This document shows positions 9,524 to 18,084 of a DNA stretch of 64,000 nucleotides, in pieces. Position 1 is the stretch's first letter. Each line of letters opens with the position of its first letter. Under the pieces are notes generated by a model. That model saw nothing but the letters and a program-made list of their open reading frames with translations. It did no database searches and was not told where the DNA came from. Source of the DNA: a virus (Duplodnaviria; Heunggongvirae; Uroviricota; Caudoviricetes); IMG/VR virus record IMGVR_UViG_3300003323_000621, positions 8,153 through 72,152 of that record; one strand, 5' to 3'. The position numbers and the translations under genes were made by a program.

Positions 9524-10350
9524 CTATTAATCATAGATGAATGAGTGTTGTTAACATATTGTTCCTTATGTTGTTTGACTATATAAGTCTCAAAGTAATC
9601 ATCATATCTTCTGAATGTCATTACTCCATTAACATTCAACTGATAATATTTATTGTTTGGTTTTGATACAGGATATTCTTCATAGATAATTAAATTTATG
9701 TCTGTACAATTTTTTATAAATACATATTCAGAATTTATGTCTGATATATATCTACCTGACAAATGATTTAAAAATATAGGTATACCATCTCCTAATAACA
9801 TACTATTATATCCAAAAGCATCCCCCTCATATCTATTAGATTTTATTGTCAAATTTTCAATGATTGGGATACAAGTATCTAAAGTATTGACCTCTAATAA
9901 ACCATTTACAATATTAGCATATTTATTTGATAATGGTCCTGAATTAGAAAATACATCACTATATATTATTATATTATCAGATACTACTATTATTGATCCT
10001 AAATCTTCATATTTAAATTCATCTGCAATGTTAAGGAAATGTACTATCCTTTTAAAAGTATCAATATTTATCCATATAGGACCATGTGTTGTAACACTGA
10101 AATATGTATTATGTTCACTATTGATAATATCACATATATCTTGTTTTTCATATTCTAGAAAATGTACTATTTTTTCTCTAGTATAAAAAATACCACTTGT
10201 ACTAAGAATATGTTTTATAGTATTATTACTAAAATCTACATTAAATTCCTGCATATATTTCTTTTTTAGAAAAGAAAGAGAAAAAGAAATAATTCTTTTC
10301 TCTCTCTTCTTAATATTTCTCTTTAAATTTATCTTAGTCAGTAAGTTCAA
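9508..10350 (-). CDS. hypothetical protein (280 aa)
   Basis: ORF track. Confidence 0.5.
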   Translation of the reverse strand: MNLLTKINLKRNIKKREKRIISFSLSFLKKKYMQEFNVDFSNNTIKHILSTSGIFYTREKIVHFLEYEKQDICDIINSEHNTYFSVTTHGPIWINIDTFKRIVHFLNIADEFKYEDLGSIIVVSDNIIIYSDVFSNSGPLSNKYANIVNGLLEVNTLDTCIPIIENLTIKSNRYEGDAFGYNSMLLGDGIPIFLNHLSGRYISDINSEYVFIKNCTDINLIIYEEYPVSKPNNKYYQLNVNGVMTFRRYDDYFETYIVKQHKEQYVNNTHSSMINRCLLF

Positions 10351-10555
10351 AATTATTTCTAACTCTAGATTTACCCTTTGCTCTTATACCTTTTAATCTT
10401 TCATCATTAAACAATCTTTTAACTTCAGATTGAGTTAAACCATACTTTTCTTCAATTGAACCTTTACCATTATCTTTACTTTTAAGTCTGGTAAGTCCAT
10501 TCTTTAAATCTTCTTTAACAGCTGTAACAGAAATTTTTACTGTATTCATCACCAA
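10334..10555 (-). CDS. small hypothetical basic protein (73 aa)
   Basis: ORF track; coupled overlaps with neighbours. Confidence 0.4.
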   Translation of the reverse strand: MVMNTVKISVTAVKEDLKNGLTRLKSKDNGKGSIEEKYGLTQSEVKRLFNDERLKGIRAKGKSRVRNNFELTD

Positions 10556-11250
10556 TTAATTGAATTATTATTAAAATACTGAAGATGACTATTTATTTTA
10601 TTAAATACATCTTCACAATCCCACTTCCCATTATTGTATGTAGCACTTGCTGGATGTTTAGTAGTATATACTATATTACTCCAATCAAGATCACTAACAA
10701 GATCTTGAGCAACACTACCCATAGCTATAATAGGTATACTTCTTTCCTCTTTATCAATAATTTCATGAAATAAATAATGCATAAATGGTTTCCAAATACT
10801 ATGATGTTCAGGATCACCTGCTTTACCTGAAGGAGTAGTTAATGAACTATTCAACAACAATACTCCTTGATTGGCTAAATAACTAAGATCTGGATTATAT
10901 ACATTATCTGTTAAATTCATTCCATCATATACTGTCCTTTCTATTTCTCTATGTATTTCAATTAAACTTGGTTGACAAACCATTGTATTACTACAAGAAA
11001 AAGCTAATCCATCAGCAACACCTGGTTGTGGATATGGATCTTGTCCTAAAATTATACATCTTGTATCTTTAAGTGAAGTGATTTTGAAAGCCTTAAACAA
11101 ATCTTTGCTAGCTGGAAATATGGTTCTTCCAGAAGAAGATTTCTGTTTGAGATAATTGAATATGTTGTCAAAACTATCTCTCTCAATAAAAGGGGTAAAT
11201 TTTTCAATCCAATCTTCACTAAATTGTCCTCTGACATTATTTACATTCAT
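10549..11250 (-). CDS. ung: uracil-DNA glycosylase (family 1 UNG)
   Basis: Water-activating loop ILGQDPYPQPGVADGLAFS (cf. GQDPYH..GLCFS), VLLLNSSLTT (cf. LLLNAVLTV), HPASATY (cf. HPSPLSA). Confidence 0.85.
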   Translation of the reverse strand: MNVNNVRGQFSEDWIEKFTPFIERDSFDNIFNYLKQKSSSGRTIFPASKDLFKAFKITSLKDTRCIILGQDPYPQPGVADGLAFSCSNTMVCQPSLIEIHREIERTVYDGMNLTDNVYNPDLSYLANQGVLLLNSSLTTPSGKAGDPEHHSIWKPFMHYLFHEIIDKEERSIPIIAMGSVAQDLVSDLDWSNIVYTTKHPASATYNNGKWDCEDVFNKINSHLQYFNNNSINW

Positions 11251-11251
11251 T

Positions 11252-12304
11252 TTATTCTATTATACCTTTTTTTCTCAAAAGATCTTTTAATATTCCATAA
11301 CCAATTTCTTCTCCAAAATGAGCTATAATATCAGAAGGATCTTTCAAACCATGTACTGCATATTCATTAGGTATATTAATCCATCCATAACCTAGTGGAT
11401 TTAAAAGTTTATTAGCTGTTTTTCCAGGTTCATCATTATCAAAGAAACATACTTTATTATCATAATACTCATCAAAAAAAGAATCTAATTCCTCTGGTAT
11501 ACATTCTGTACCTTCCTTTTGTACTTCATATACATCAGGATATATCTTCTTGAGTACTATTTTATCTTTTTTAGACTTTATTACAATAATTGTCTTATTA
11601 ATCTTTGGTAACTTATCTAAATTCAGTACTTTTCTAACTGGAACATTACTTAGCCATTTAAAATCTTTTGAAAAAGGAGAATATATTTTTATATAATTAA
11701 CTCCTTCTTCATCTGTAAATAAATATGCAAATCTCATTTTATCATCTTCTTCAGGATGTATTAATATTCCATTTACATATAAATCTTTTACAGAGAATAT
11801 CCTTTCTTCATCTAAATCTCCTTTAGTAATACCATATTTCTTCCAATATTCCAATTCTTTTTGAGAGAATGGTTTACTAACAACATGAATAGTAGCTCTT
11901 GGTTTAAATGTTAACTCTGGTTTTCCAATATATCTTACTATATCTCTTATTTCTGGAGAATTAAGGTTCATTTCTCTATTAATATTAGATATAGTAGGTA
12001 TTAATCCAAGATTCATATCTTGATTAATTTTATTAAGAGCTTGATTAAAGTTCATTCCAAATAACTGTTCTACAAAATGAAAACAATTACCATTATATAA
12101 ACTATTACCAAAATCTCTATGTCTTAAAGAACCAGAACTTGTACATATTATACCAAAGGAACCTTTAGTTTCTTGTCTAAATGGAGAAGGATATAATTTT
12201 TTAAATTGAAAATCATGTCCTAAATATAATCTATAAATATCATATTCAGATACTAATTTCAATATGTTTCCTGCTGTTAAACTCTTATCCTCACCTAATA
12301 TCAT
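11252..12304 (-). CDS. DnaG-like DNA primase (Toprim domain) with degenerate zinc-finger-like N-terminus
   Basis: N-terminal YPSPFRQETKGSFGI resembles the CHC2 primase zinc-finger core CPFHxExTPSF with Cys/His lost; C-terminal VCFFDNDEPGKTA matches the Toprim DxD motif. Confidence 0.5.
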   Translation of the reverse strand: MILGEDKSLTAGNILKLVSEYDIYRLYLGHDFQFKKLYPSPFRQETKGSFGIICTSSGSLRHRDFGNSLYNGNCFHFVEQLFGMNFNQALNKINQDMNLGLIPTISNINREMNLNSPEIRDIVRYIGKPELTFKPRATIHVVSKPFSQKELEYWKKYGITKGDLDEERIFSVKDLYVNGILIHPEEDDKMRFAYLFTDEEGVNYIKIYSPFSKDFKWLSNVPVRKVLNLDKLPKINKTIIVIKSKKDKIVLKKIYPDVYEVQKEGTECIPEELDSFFDEYYDNKVCFFDNDEPGKTANKLLNPLGYGWINIPNEYAVHGLKDPSDIIAHFGEEIGYGILKDLLRKKGIIE

Positions 12305-12372
12305 ATTAAAATAATAAAAAAGTGGAGAGATTATCTCCCTCCACTCCTTACCTTACTATATCACCTATTATC

Positions 12373-13206
12373 TTAGTAACTAGTATCTTCTGGAATTCCT
12401 CCAGCAGTAACAATACCAGTAGTATTAGTTAAATTTTCTTTAGGATCATATACCCTAAATTTAAAACTATCACCATAATAGTTATTATAACCATACTGAC
12501 CAGTAATCTGCTTTAAGAATTGTTTTATTGCTGAAGATTGACTATCAATTATTTCAGTAGATACATTCTTATTAAATTCTTGAATTTTGCTTACTGCCCA
12601 ACCAGGTGCTACTGCTTTATTATAAACATCCTGATACTCATTACCATTAGATTGTTTAATACCAGCACATAAACCTATAGTTTGTTTAGGGTATCTTGTA
12701 GCAATATCATTAAGAACTTTTACATTACCTGTAGTAATAATATTTCTAGTTTGATCAAGATCAATTTTAGCATCTTGATCTTCAAACCAGTTAAAATTAG
12801 TTAACCAGTTTTTGATAAGGTTTAATAAATCAGCTTCTCCAACAAAAGCTTTTCTGTATTTATCTTTAATAAACCATGCTGCTTTTTCACCATCAACTAC
12901 ATAAGAAGACATAGCCTTCTCATTTACATATTGTGGTTTTTTATCTTGAGAAACTCTTTCTCTATCTTCCATAAAAATAGAGGTTTTGAAGTTTTTTCCT
13001 GTACTTATTTCTTTCAAGAAGATAGTAAGATTAATAGCATCTTTACCATCAGCTGTTTTTCTTGTATATACAGGTTCTTGTTTTACTTCATAACCACATT
13101 TTTTGGCAATTTCATCTTTGGTAAGATTAAATCCTATAATTTGGAATTCACCTACACCAATATACTTCTCATATCCTTTAACTTCTCTTTCTTTACCAGA
13201 AATCAT
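12373..13206 (-). CDS. hypothetical protein (277 aa); position next to the Sak4-like ATPase suggests an ssDNA-binding or annealing role
   Basis: ORF track; no motif recognised. Confidence 0.5.
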   Translation of the reverse strand: MISGKEREVKGYEKYIGVGEFQIIGFNLTKDEIAKKCGYEVKQEPVYTRKTADGKDAINLTIFLKEISTGKNFKTSIFMEDRERVSQDKKPQYVNEKAMSSYVVDGEKAAWFIKDKYRKAFVGEADLLNLIKNWLTNFNWFEDQDAKIDLDQTRNIITTGNVKVLNDIATRYPKQTIGLCAGIKQSNGNEYQDVYNKAVAPGWAVSKIQEFNKNVSTEIIDSQSSAIKQFLKQITGQYGYNNYYGDSFKFRVYDPKENLTNTTGIVTAGGIPEDTSY

Positions 13207-13239
13207 AACTTATTTTTAAACTTTATTAATCTTATGTTT

Positions 13240-13908
13240 TTACTTAACTGGGTCTACATAATTTATAATAGACTTATATACTTCATTCATATCAGAAGGA
13301 ATATACTTATTATCACCAAAAATAGCAGGATCACCACATTTAGCACTTAATCCTTCACCTTCAGTAATAAATCTATACTGAGTTTTCTTTCCTTCTTCAT
13401 ATTTCTTATCAGTATATAATACTATTGTAAATTCTTTTTCAATTAAACCTTCCCATTCTTTACCTTTTACTTTTACTCTTTTCTCTGAATTAGTTTCAAT
13501 ATTCAATGTTTCATAATGTCCAGTGATAATCACTTCTTTCTTTACTTTTTTAATTTCATCCAGGAATTCTCCTATCTTCTCATTATATAAATTCCATATG
13601 TCAAAACCTTTTTTAGATGCTCTTGCTTCTTTAAGTAACATATCTACAAATGCACTAAAACTATCTATTACTATTAAAGTAATAGCAGGATTAGCTGCAT
13701 AATCTCTTAAAGCTGCAAAACATCCTGCAATAGTACCAGGTCTTGCATGAAACTTATATTTGTTCTTATAAGGTAATGGCTTATTCTCTATATTAATAAA
13801 TCCAGTTGTATCAGGATCTAAATTTCTAGATGAATAAGTTTTACCTTGTCCACTCATTCCTACAATAAAAATCTTATAATATTCTCTACCATTATCAGCT
13901 GCTGACAT
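13240..13908 (-). CDS. RecA-fold ATPase, Sak4-like (AAA_24 type)
   Basis: N-terminal Walker A IVGMSGQGKT, Walker B LIVIDSFSA; about 220 aa, typical of phage Sak4-type recombination ATPases. Confidence 0.55.
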   Translation of the reverse strand: MSAADNGREYYKIFIVGMSGQGKTYSSRNLDPDTTGFINIENKPLPYKNKYKFHARPGTIAGCFAALRDYAANPAITLIVIDSFSAFVDMLLKEARASKKGFDIWNLYNEKIGEFLDEIKKVKKEVIITGHYETLNIETNSEKRVKVKGKEWEGLIEKEFTIVLYTDKKYEEGKKTQYRFITEGEGLSAKCGDPAIFGDNKYIPSDMNEVYKSIINYVDPVK

Positions 13909-13940
13909 TTGTCTAATAGTTTAATTGTCTTATACACTAG

Positions 13941-14144
13941 TTATACATTAATTTCTTTACTATTAGATTTCTTTCCAAATACTTCTTCTGTTGCATCCTC
14001 TAAGTTATCCCATCTCCACACTTGATTAACTCTACTTTTTATTATCATAGAATGATAAAGCTCTCTATTCTTAAATTCAGAATTTACTGAATTTTTTGAT
14101 TTTGATCTTTTTCTAGTTTTTTTAGCATGTGATTTCTTGGACAT
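13941..14144 (-). CDS. small basic protein (67 aa)
   Basis: ORF track; Lys/Arg-rich; overlaps the start of the helicase gene in another frame. Confidence 0.35.
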   Translation of the reverse strand: MSKKSHAKKTRKRSKSKNSVNSEFKNRELYHSMIIKSRVNQVWRWDNLEDATEEVFGKKSNSKEINV

Positions 14145-15457
14145 ATTAAGGATTTATAGTTTTCTAAATCTTTTTCTTGAATATAACTAATATACTTAGG
14201 ATCCATTCCATTAATAGCATTTGCTAAATAATCCACATCTTTTGTACCATCAGCTACTGTAACAAATAATATTGGATTAGAAGATCTAAAGGTTCTTCCT
14301 AACATTTGTACAAAACTTAATTGCCCAGAATCTAACTGAGTTATAATTCCTGCATTAATGTCAGTAAGAGTAACAGATTCTCTCAACATTTCTACTGCAT
14401 AGATAGAATCTATTTTCTTTTTATTAAAAGAATCTATAATTCTATTGTTTGTAGTAGAAGAATGTTGTGAACATACATATTGACTCATAGGTTTTCTACC
14501 TACTTTCTTATTTGTTCTACCATAAATACTTAATTCTCTAGCTTGATCTATACTTCCAGTAAAACAGATAAATCTATTGTTATTATGTTTAACAACATCT
14601 ATTATCTTTTTTACTAAAGGAGCTTTTATTTGAGCTAAGAATTTCTTTCTTTCAAGACTCTTTCTTAACCATAAAGTCTTATGCCAGCTTTCTTGAGATT
14701 TATAATAGCACTCTTTCCAGTAATCTACTTCCTGAGATAATAGTTGATAATATTCTAATTCTGTACAGCAGATTAATACTCTGTAATTATCAACTTTATT
14801 TTTCTTAAGATCTTTTAAAACATTTATATAAGTATCATAAAAAGCAGTATGAGCAGTAGCTAATGAATCTCTACCTTTCTTCTTTACAAATACTCTAGTT
14901 TTGTTAATATTATCAAGTTCAAAATATACTACATATAAATTTGGTTCTGGTAATATACCATATTGAATAGCTTCAGATACTGGTATATTATATTCATATA
15001 TAGGATGTATTAAATTTAATTTAGCTTTTATTTTATCATCTACAGTAGCAGATAGAGATACTACTTTAGTAGAATTTATTCCTTGAATGGAATTAAGTCT
15101 ATTATCTGATACATGATGACATTCATCTAAAACTAAATTAGCTTTAGTATTTATATATTTATGAAGACTAGCATAACAAAAGAATTCTATATGTGGTAAT
15201 ATATCATCATACTTATGGTAGGTAATTTCTCTTTTCCAGTTTTCAATATGAGATAATTCTTCACATATAATATACCATTTATTAATTACTGATGGATTCT
15301 TCAGATGCTCTCTAATTATTTTTAGAGCAGCAAGAGTTTTACCAACTCCTGTTGCCCAAGTTAATAACAGATGTTTATTACTTTTACTGAATAATACTGC
15401 ATTTTCTTGAACTAAATCTTTTGCTTCTTCTGGAGAATTCACTAATTTTAATCCCAT
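14084..15457 (-). CDS. SF2 DNA helicase (DEAH-box type)
   Basis: Motif I LLTWATGVGKTLAA, motif II LVLDECHHVSD; 457 aa. Confidence 0.7.
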   Translation of the reverse strand: MGLKLVNSPEEAKDLVQENAVLFSKSNKHLLLTWATGVGKTLAALKIIREHLKNPSVINKWYIICEELSHIENWKREITYHKYDDILPHIEFFCYASLHKYINTKANLVLDECHHVSDNRLNSIQGINSTKVVSLSATVDDKIKAKLNLIHPIYEYNIPVSEAIQYGILPEPNLYVVYFELDNINKTRVFVKKKGRDSLATAHTAFYDTYINVLKDLKKNKVDNYRVLICCTELEYYQLLSQEVDYWKECYYKSQESWHKTLWLRKSLERKKFLAQIKAPLVKKIIDVVKHNNNRFICFTGSIDQARELSIYGRTNKKVGRKPMSQYVCSQHSSTTNNRIIDSFNKKKIDSIYAVEMLRESVTLTDINAGIITQLDSGQLSFVQMLGRTFRSSNPILFVTVADGTKDVDYLANAINGMDPKYISYIQEKDLENYKSLICPRNHMLKKLEKDQNQKIQ

Positions 15458-15474
15458 GATATAATTTTATATTT

Positions 15475-16110
15475 TTATTTCTTTCTTTTATTCCTTATTT
15501 TATCTAAATCTATATTACTAACATCAATAGGCTTTTGAAGTTCAATAATTTTATTACTTGTTTCCTCATGTTCTGCCTCTTTTTCAGCTTCTTTTTGAGA
15601 TTTATTAAGAAGTTCTTCTAAAGATTCTTTACTCTCATCTACTCCAGTAGGAAATAAATGATCAACATTATTGATAATTCTACCTTCTCCTTTATTCTTC
15701 TTAATAAAATCTTTTATAGCTTCTGTTGATTTATTAAGATTTGGATCTAGAACTATAGCATCCTCATTTTTCTTGACAAGTCCCATTTTAATTTTCATAG
15801 CAGCCCTTATAACTACATCCATAGCTTCAGGATTGTCTATAAACATGTTAATAAACATTTCTTCTAATTGAGAAGGAGTAGCTTTTAATGCAACACCAGT
15901 GAAATCATCTACTTTTATTAAAGAAAGTAGACCTACTCCTTCCTTAGTGATAGAACTTGCTACAAAAGTATCAAATATTTCTTTTACTTCTATAGACTTT
16001 TCAGTTTCTAAAGGGTGTTGTCTAACTCCTTTACTCTCATTATTAGTCTCATTAACTTCTGCAACTTTAGTAGCTTTTTTTCTCTTCTTAAATAAGTTCC
16101 ACCATTTCAT
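15475..16110 (-). CDS. hypothetical acidic protein (211 aa)
   Basis: ORF track. Confidence 0.45.
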   Translation of the reverse strand: MKWWNLFKKRKKATKVAEVNETNNESKGVRQHPLETEKSIEVKEIFDTFVASSITKEGVGLLSLIKVDDFTGVALKATPSQLEEMFINMFIDNPEAMDVVIRAAMKIKMGLVKKNEDAIVLDPNLNKSTEAIKDFIKKNKGEGRIINNVDHLFPTGVDESKESLEELLNKSQKEAEKEAEHEETSNKIIELQKPIDVSNIDLDKIRNKRKK

Positions 16111-16125
16111 AAAATATAATTTAAA

Positions 16126-17226
16126 TTAATAAACTCCTTGTATAATATCAGATATAGCTTGCTGATCAGCATTCAATACATCTGGTTCTGGTAATTCTTT
16201 GAAATAACCAGCTTTAGGATTAAAATATAATCCACAGGCAATACCTGCTTTTCCTTTTCTATTTTTTATTATTTTAAGAACTCTAAAATGTTCTTTCATT
16301 TTTTTAATGTCATATTTCTTCCATGTATCCATATCTAATGCATATGGATTCATTATTCCACATGCTGTATCTGCATCCTGGAAAGGATTACCAGAATCTT
16401 TAAAATCATTCTGTTGTGGAGATAAATCTACTCCTGAATACTTCTTTCTTTCAACTGTATTTAATGTTTGATTAAATTGTTGTATAGCTAGTATAGTTAA
16501 GTTACACATGTTTCTTAACCAAACATAATATTCAGATAATTTATCTAAATTTTCTTTTAAAGTAAAGTTTCTTTCTGTTTTAGTTAATGCAATATGATCA
16601 TGAACTACTATATGATAAGCTAATGGATTATTAGGTACATATGAAGCAATTCTTTCTTTTTCTTCATACATCCTACCCTTATCATTATATAAGTCATTAC
16701 CATATTTATCTATCATAGGAGCTTTATACTTTTCTTTTATAAATTTCCCATGAATATCAAAGTGATCCATTAACTCCTTGTATATTCCTGTAGGATTATT
16801 AGGATCATATCTAAAATTTATTTTTTTAAATAATGATTCTATATAAGGAGTTTCTCTATCTACTATTTCCTTCTCATATTCACTTAATCTATGAGTTCCA
16901 TAACCTGCTATTTTTTCTGGAGGAATTGAAATTGCATACTTACTATATATATGATTAGATAACCACACACACTTTTTACTTTCTTCATCTATTTCATATG
17001 AATAATAAAACACATGCACTTCTATATCATTTAATTCAGCATCTTTAAGTGCATTCATCAACATAAAATCTACAAAAGTAGTCTTAGCAGTATTACTTAA
17101 TCCTCCAAATAAATAATACCATTTTCTTTGAATACCATACATATATGTATTCACTCTATTAAGACCATTTTCAAGACCTTTATAATTACCCTCTTGTCCT
17201 AGATTAATCCTTTCTTTAAAATCCAT
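16126..17226 (-). CDS. DnaB-like replicative helicase (RecA-fold C-terminal domain)
   Basis: GGLSNTAKTTFVDF (cf. DnaB PSMGKTAFAL; Gly to Ala in the P-loop), LAIQQFNQTLNTVERK (cf. SQLNR), IKNRKGKAG (cf. KxRNGxxG arginine finger). Confidence 0.55.
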   Translation of the reverse strand: MDFKERINLGQEGNYKGLENGLNRVNTYMYGIQRKWYYLFGGLSNTAKTTFVDFMLMNALKDAELNDIEVHVFYYSYEIDEESKKCVWLSNHIYSKYAISIPPEKIAGYGTHRLSEYEKEIVDRETPYIESLFKKINFRYDPNNPTGIYKELMDHFDIHGKFIKEKYKAPMIDKYGNDLYNDKGRMYEEKERIASYVPNNPLAYHIVVHDHIALTKTERNFTLKENLDKLSEYYVWLRNMCNLTILAIQQFNQTLNTVERKKYSGVDLSPQQNDFKDSGNPFQDADTACGIMNPYALDMDTWKKYDIKKMKEHFRVLKIIKNRKGKAGIACGLYFNPKAGYFKELPEPDVLNADQQAISDIIQGVY

Positions 17227-17948
17227 TATATTAATTCTGTTGATGAATTATCATCATCTATTTTATTATCAATTAAGAACTCAGGTTCTGCTTCTACTAA
17301 AGATAAGTAGGGTATCCATGCTTCTTGATTTAAATAAGCAAGACTACCTTTCATAAAAGCTAATTTATTATCAGAAGTTCTTATAGATTCTAATTTTCTA
17401 GACTTTATTTCATACTTTAAACAATCTATCAATTGTTGATGAGTTACTACACCAGAATTAATAATTTCTGAATATTTCTTTCTACATTTAACTTTATCAA
17501 CTCTTAATCCTCTCATATGAAAAAAATCCTGATTTCCATATTTCCATTTACTATGTAATGGATATAAGTTCCACCATTCATTAAATAAATCTTCTTTAGT
17601 CTTTTTAATGGTTGTGTGAGAATATTTATATTTAGACATAGAAACTAATTTCTCAAATAGTTCTTTTCCATCAACACTAATTATATATGCTTTTACAAAT
17701 TCAGGATCTTTTACAATATAACCCTTCCTTTCTAATTTCATATACATAGATATAGCTTTATCAGAAGAAAATTCTTCATCATATACACTCAATAATTCAT
17801 AATTGTTATTGTATAAACATTCTAAAATAAATATATGATCCATATTTAATCTTAGATGTTTAAGCTCTTTTACTATATCTTCATTTATCAGAGTCAAGTG
17901 ATTCTGATTTGGTGTCTGATTTTGAGTTATTGAATTTTGATTGTTCAT
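17226..17948 (-). CDS. hypothetical protein (240 aa), possible replication accessory
   Basis: ORF track; sits between the helicase and the polymerase. Confidence 0.45.
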   Translation of the reverse strand: MNNQNSITQNQTPNQNHLTLINEDIVKELKHLRLNMDHIFILECLYNNNYELLSVYDEEFSSDKAISMYMKLERKGYIVKDPEFVKAYIISVDGKELFEKLVSMSKYKYSHTTIKKTKEDLFNEWWNLYPLHSKWKYGNQDFFHMRGLRVDKVKCRKKYSEIINSGVVTHQQLIDCLKYEIKSRKLESIRTSDNKLAFMKGSLAYLNQEAWIPYLSLVEAEPEFLIDNKIDDDNSSTELI

Positions 17949-18084
17949 TATACCACTCCTCCTCTTGTTGTTGAATTAAATATCTTTCTCTTAGATATTC
18001 CCTTTCAAAATCTTCTCTAAATAACATTCCATTTTCTATAACTCTGGTATGCATATCTTTACTTTTACCCATATCCATATTCAA
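17881..18084 (-). CDS. small hypothetical protein (67 aa), doubtful
   Basis: ORF track; overlaps the start of 17226..17948 by 68 nt in another frame. Confidence 0.25.
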   Translation of the reverse strand: MNMDMGKSKDMHTRVIENGMLFREDFEREYLRERYLIQQQEEEWYNEQSKFNNSKSDTKSESLDSDK

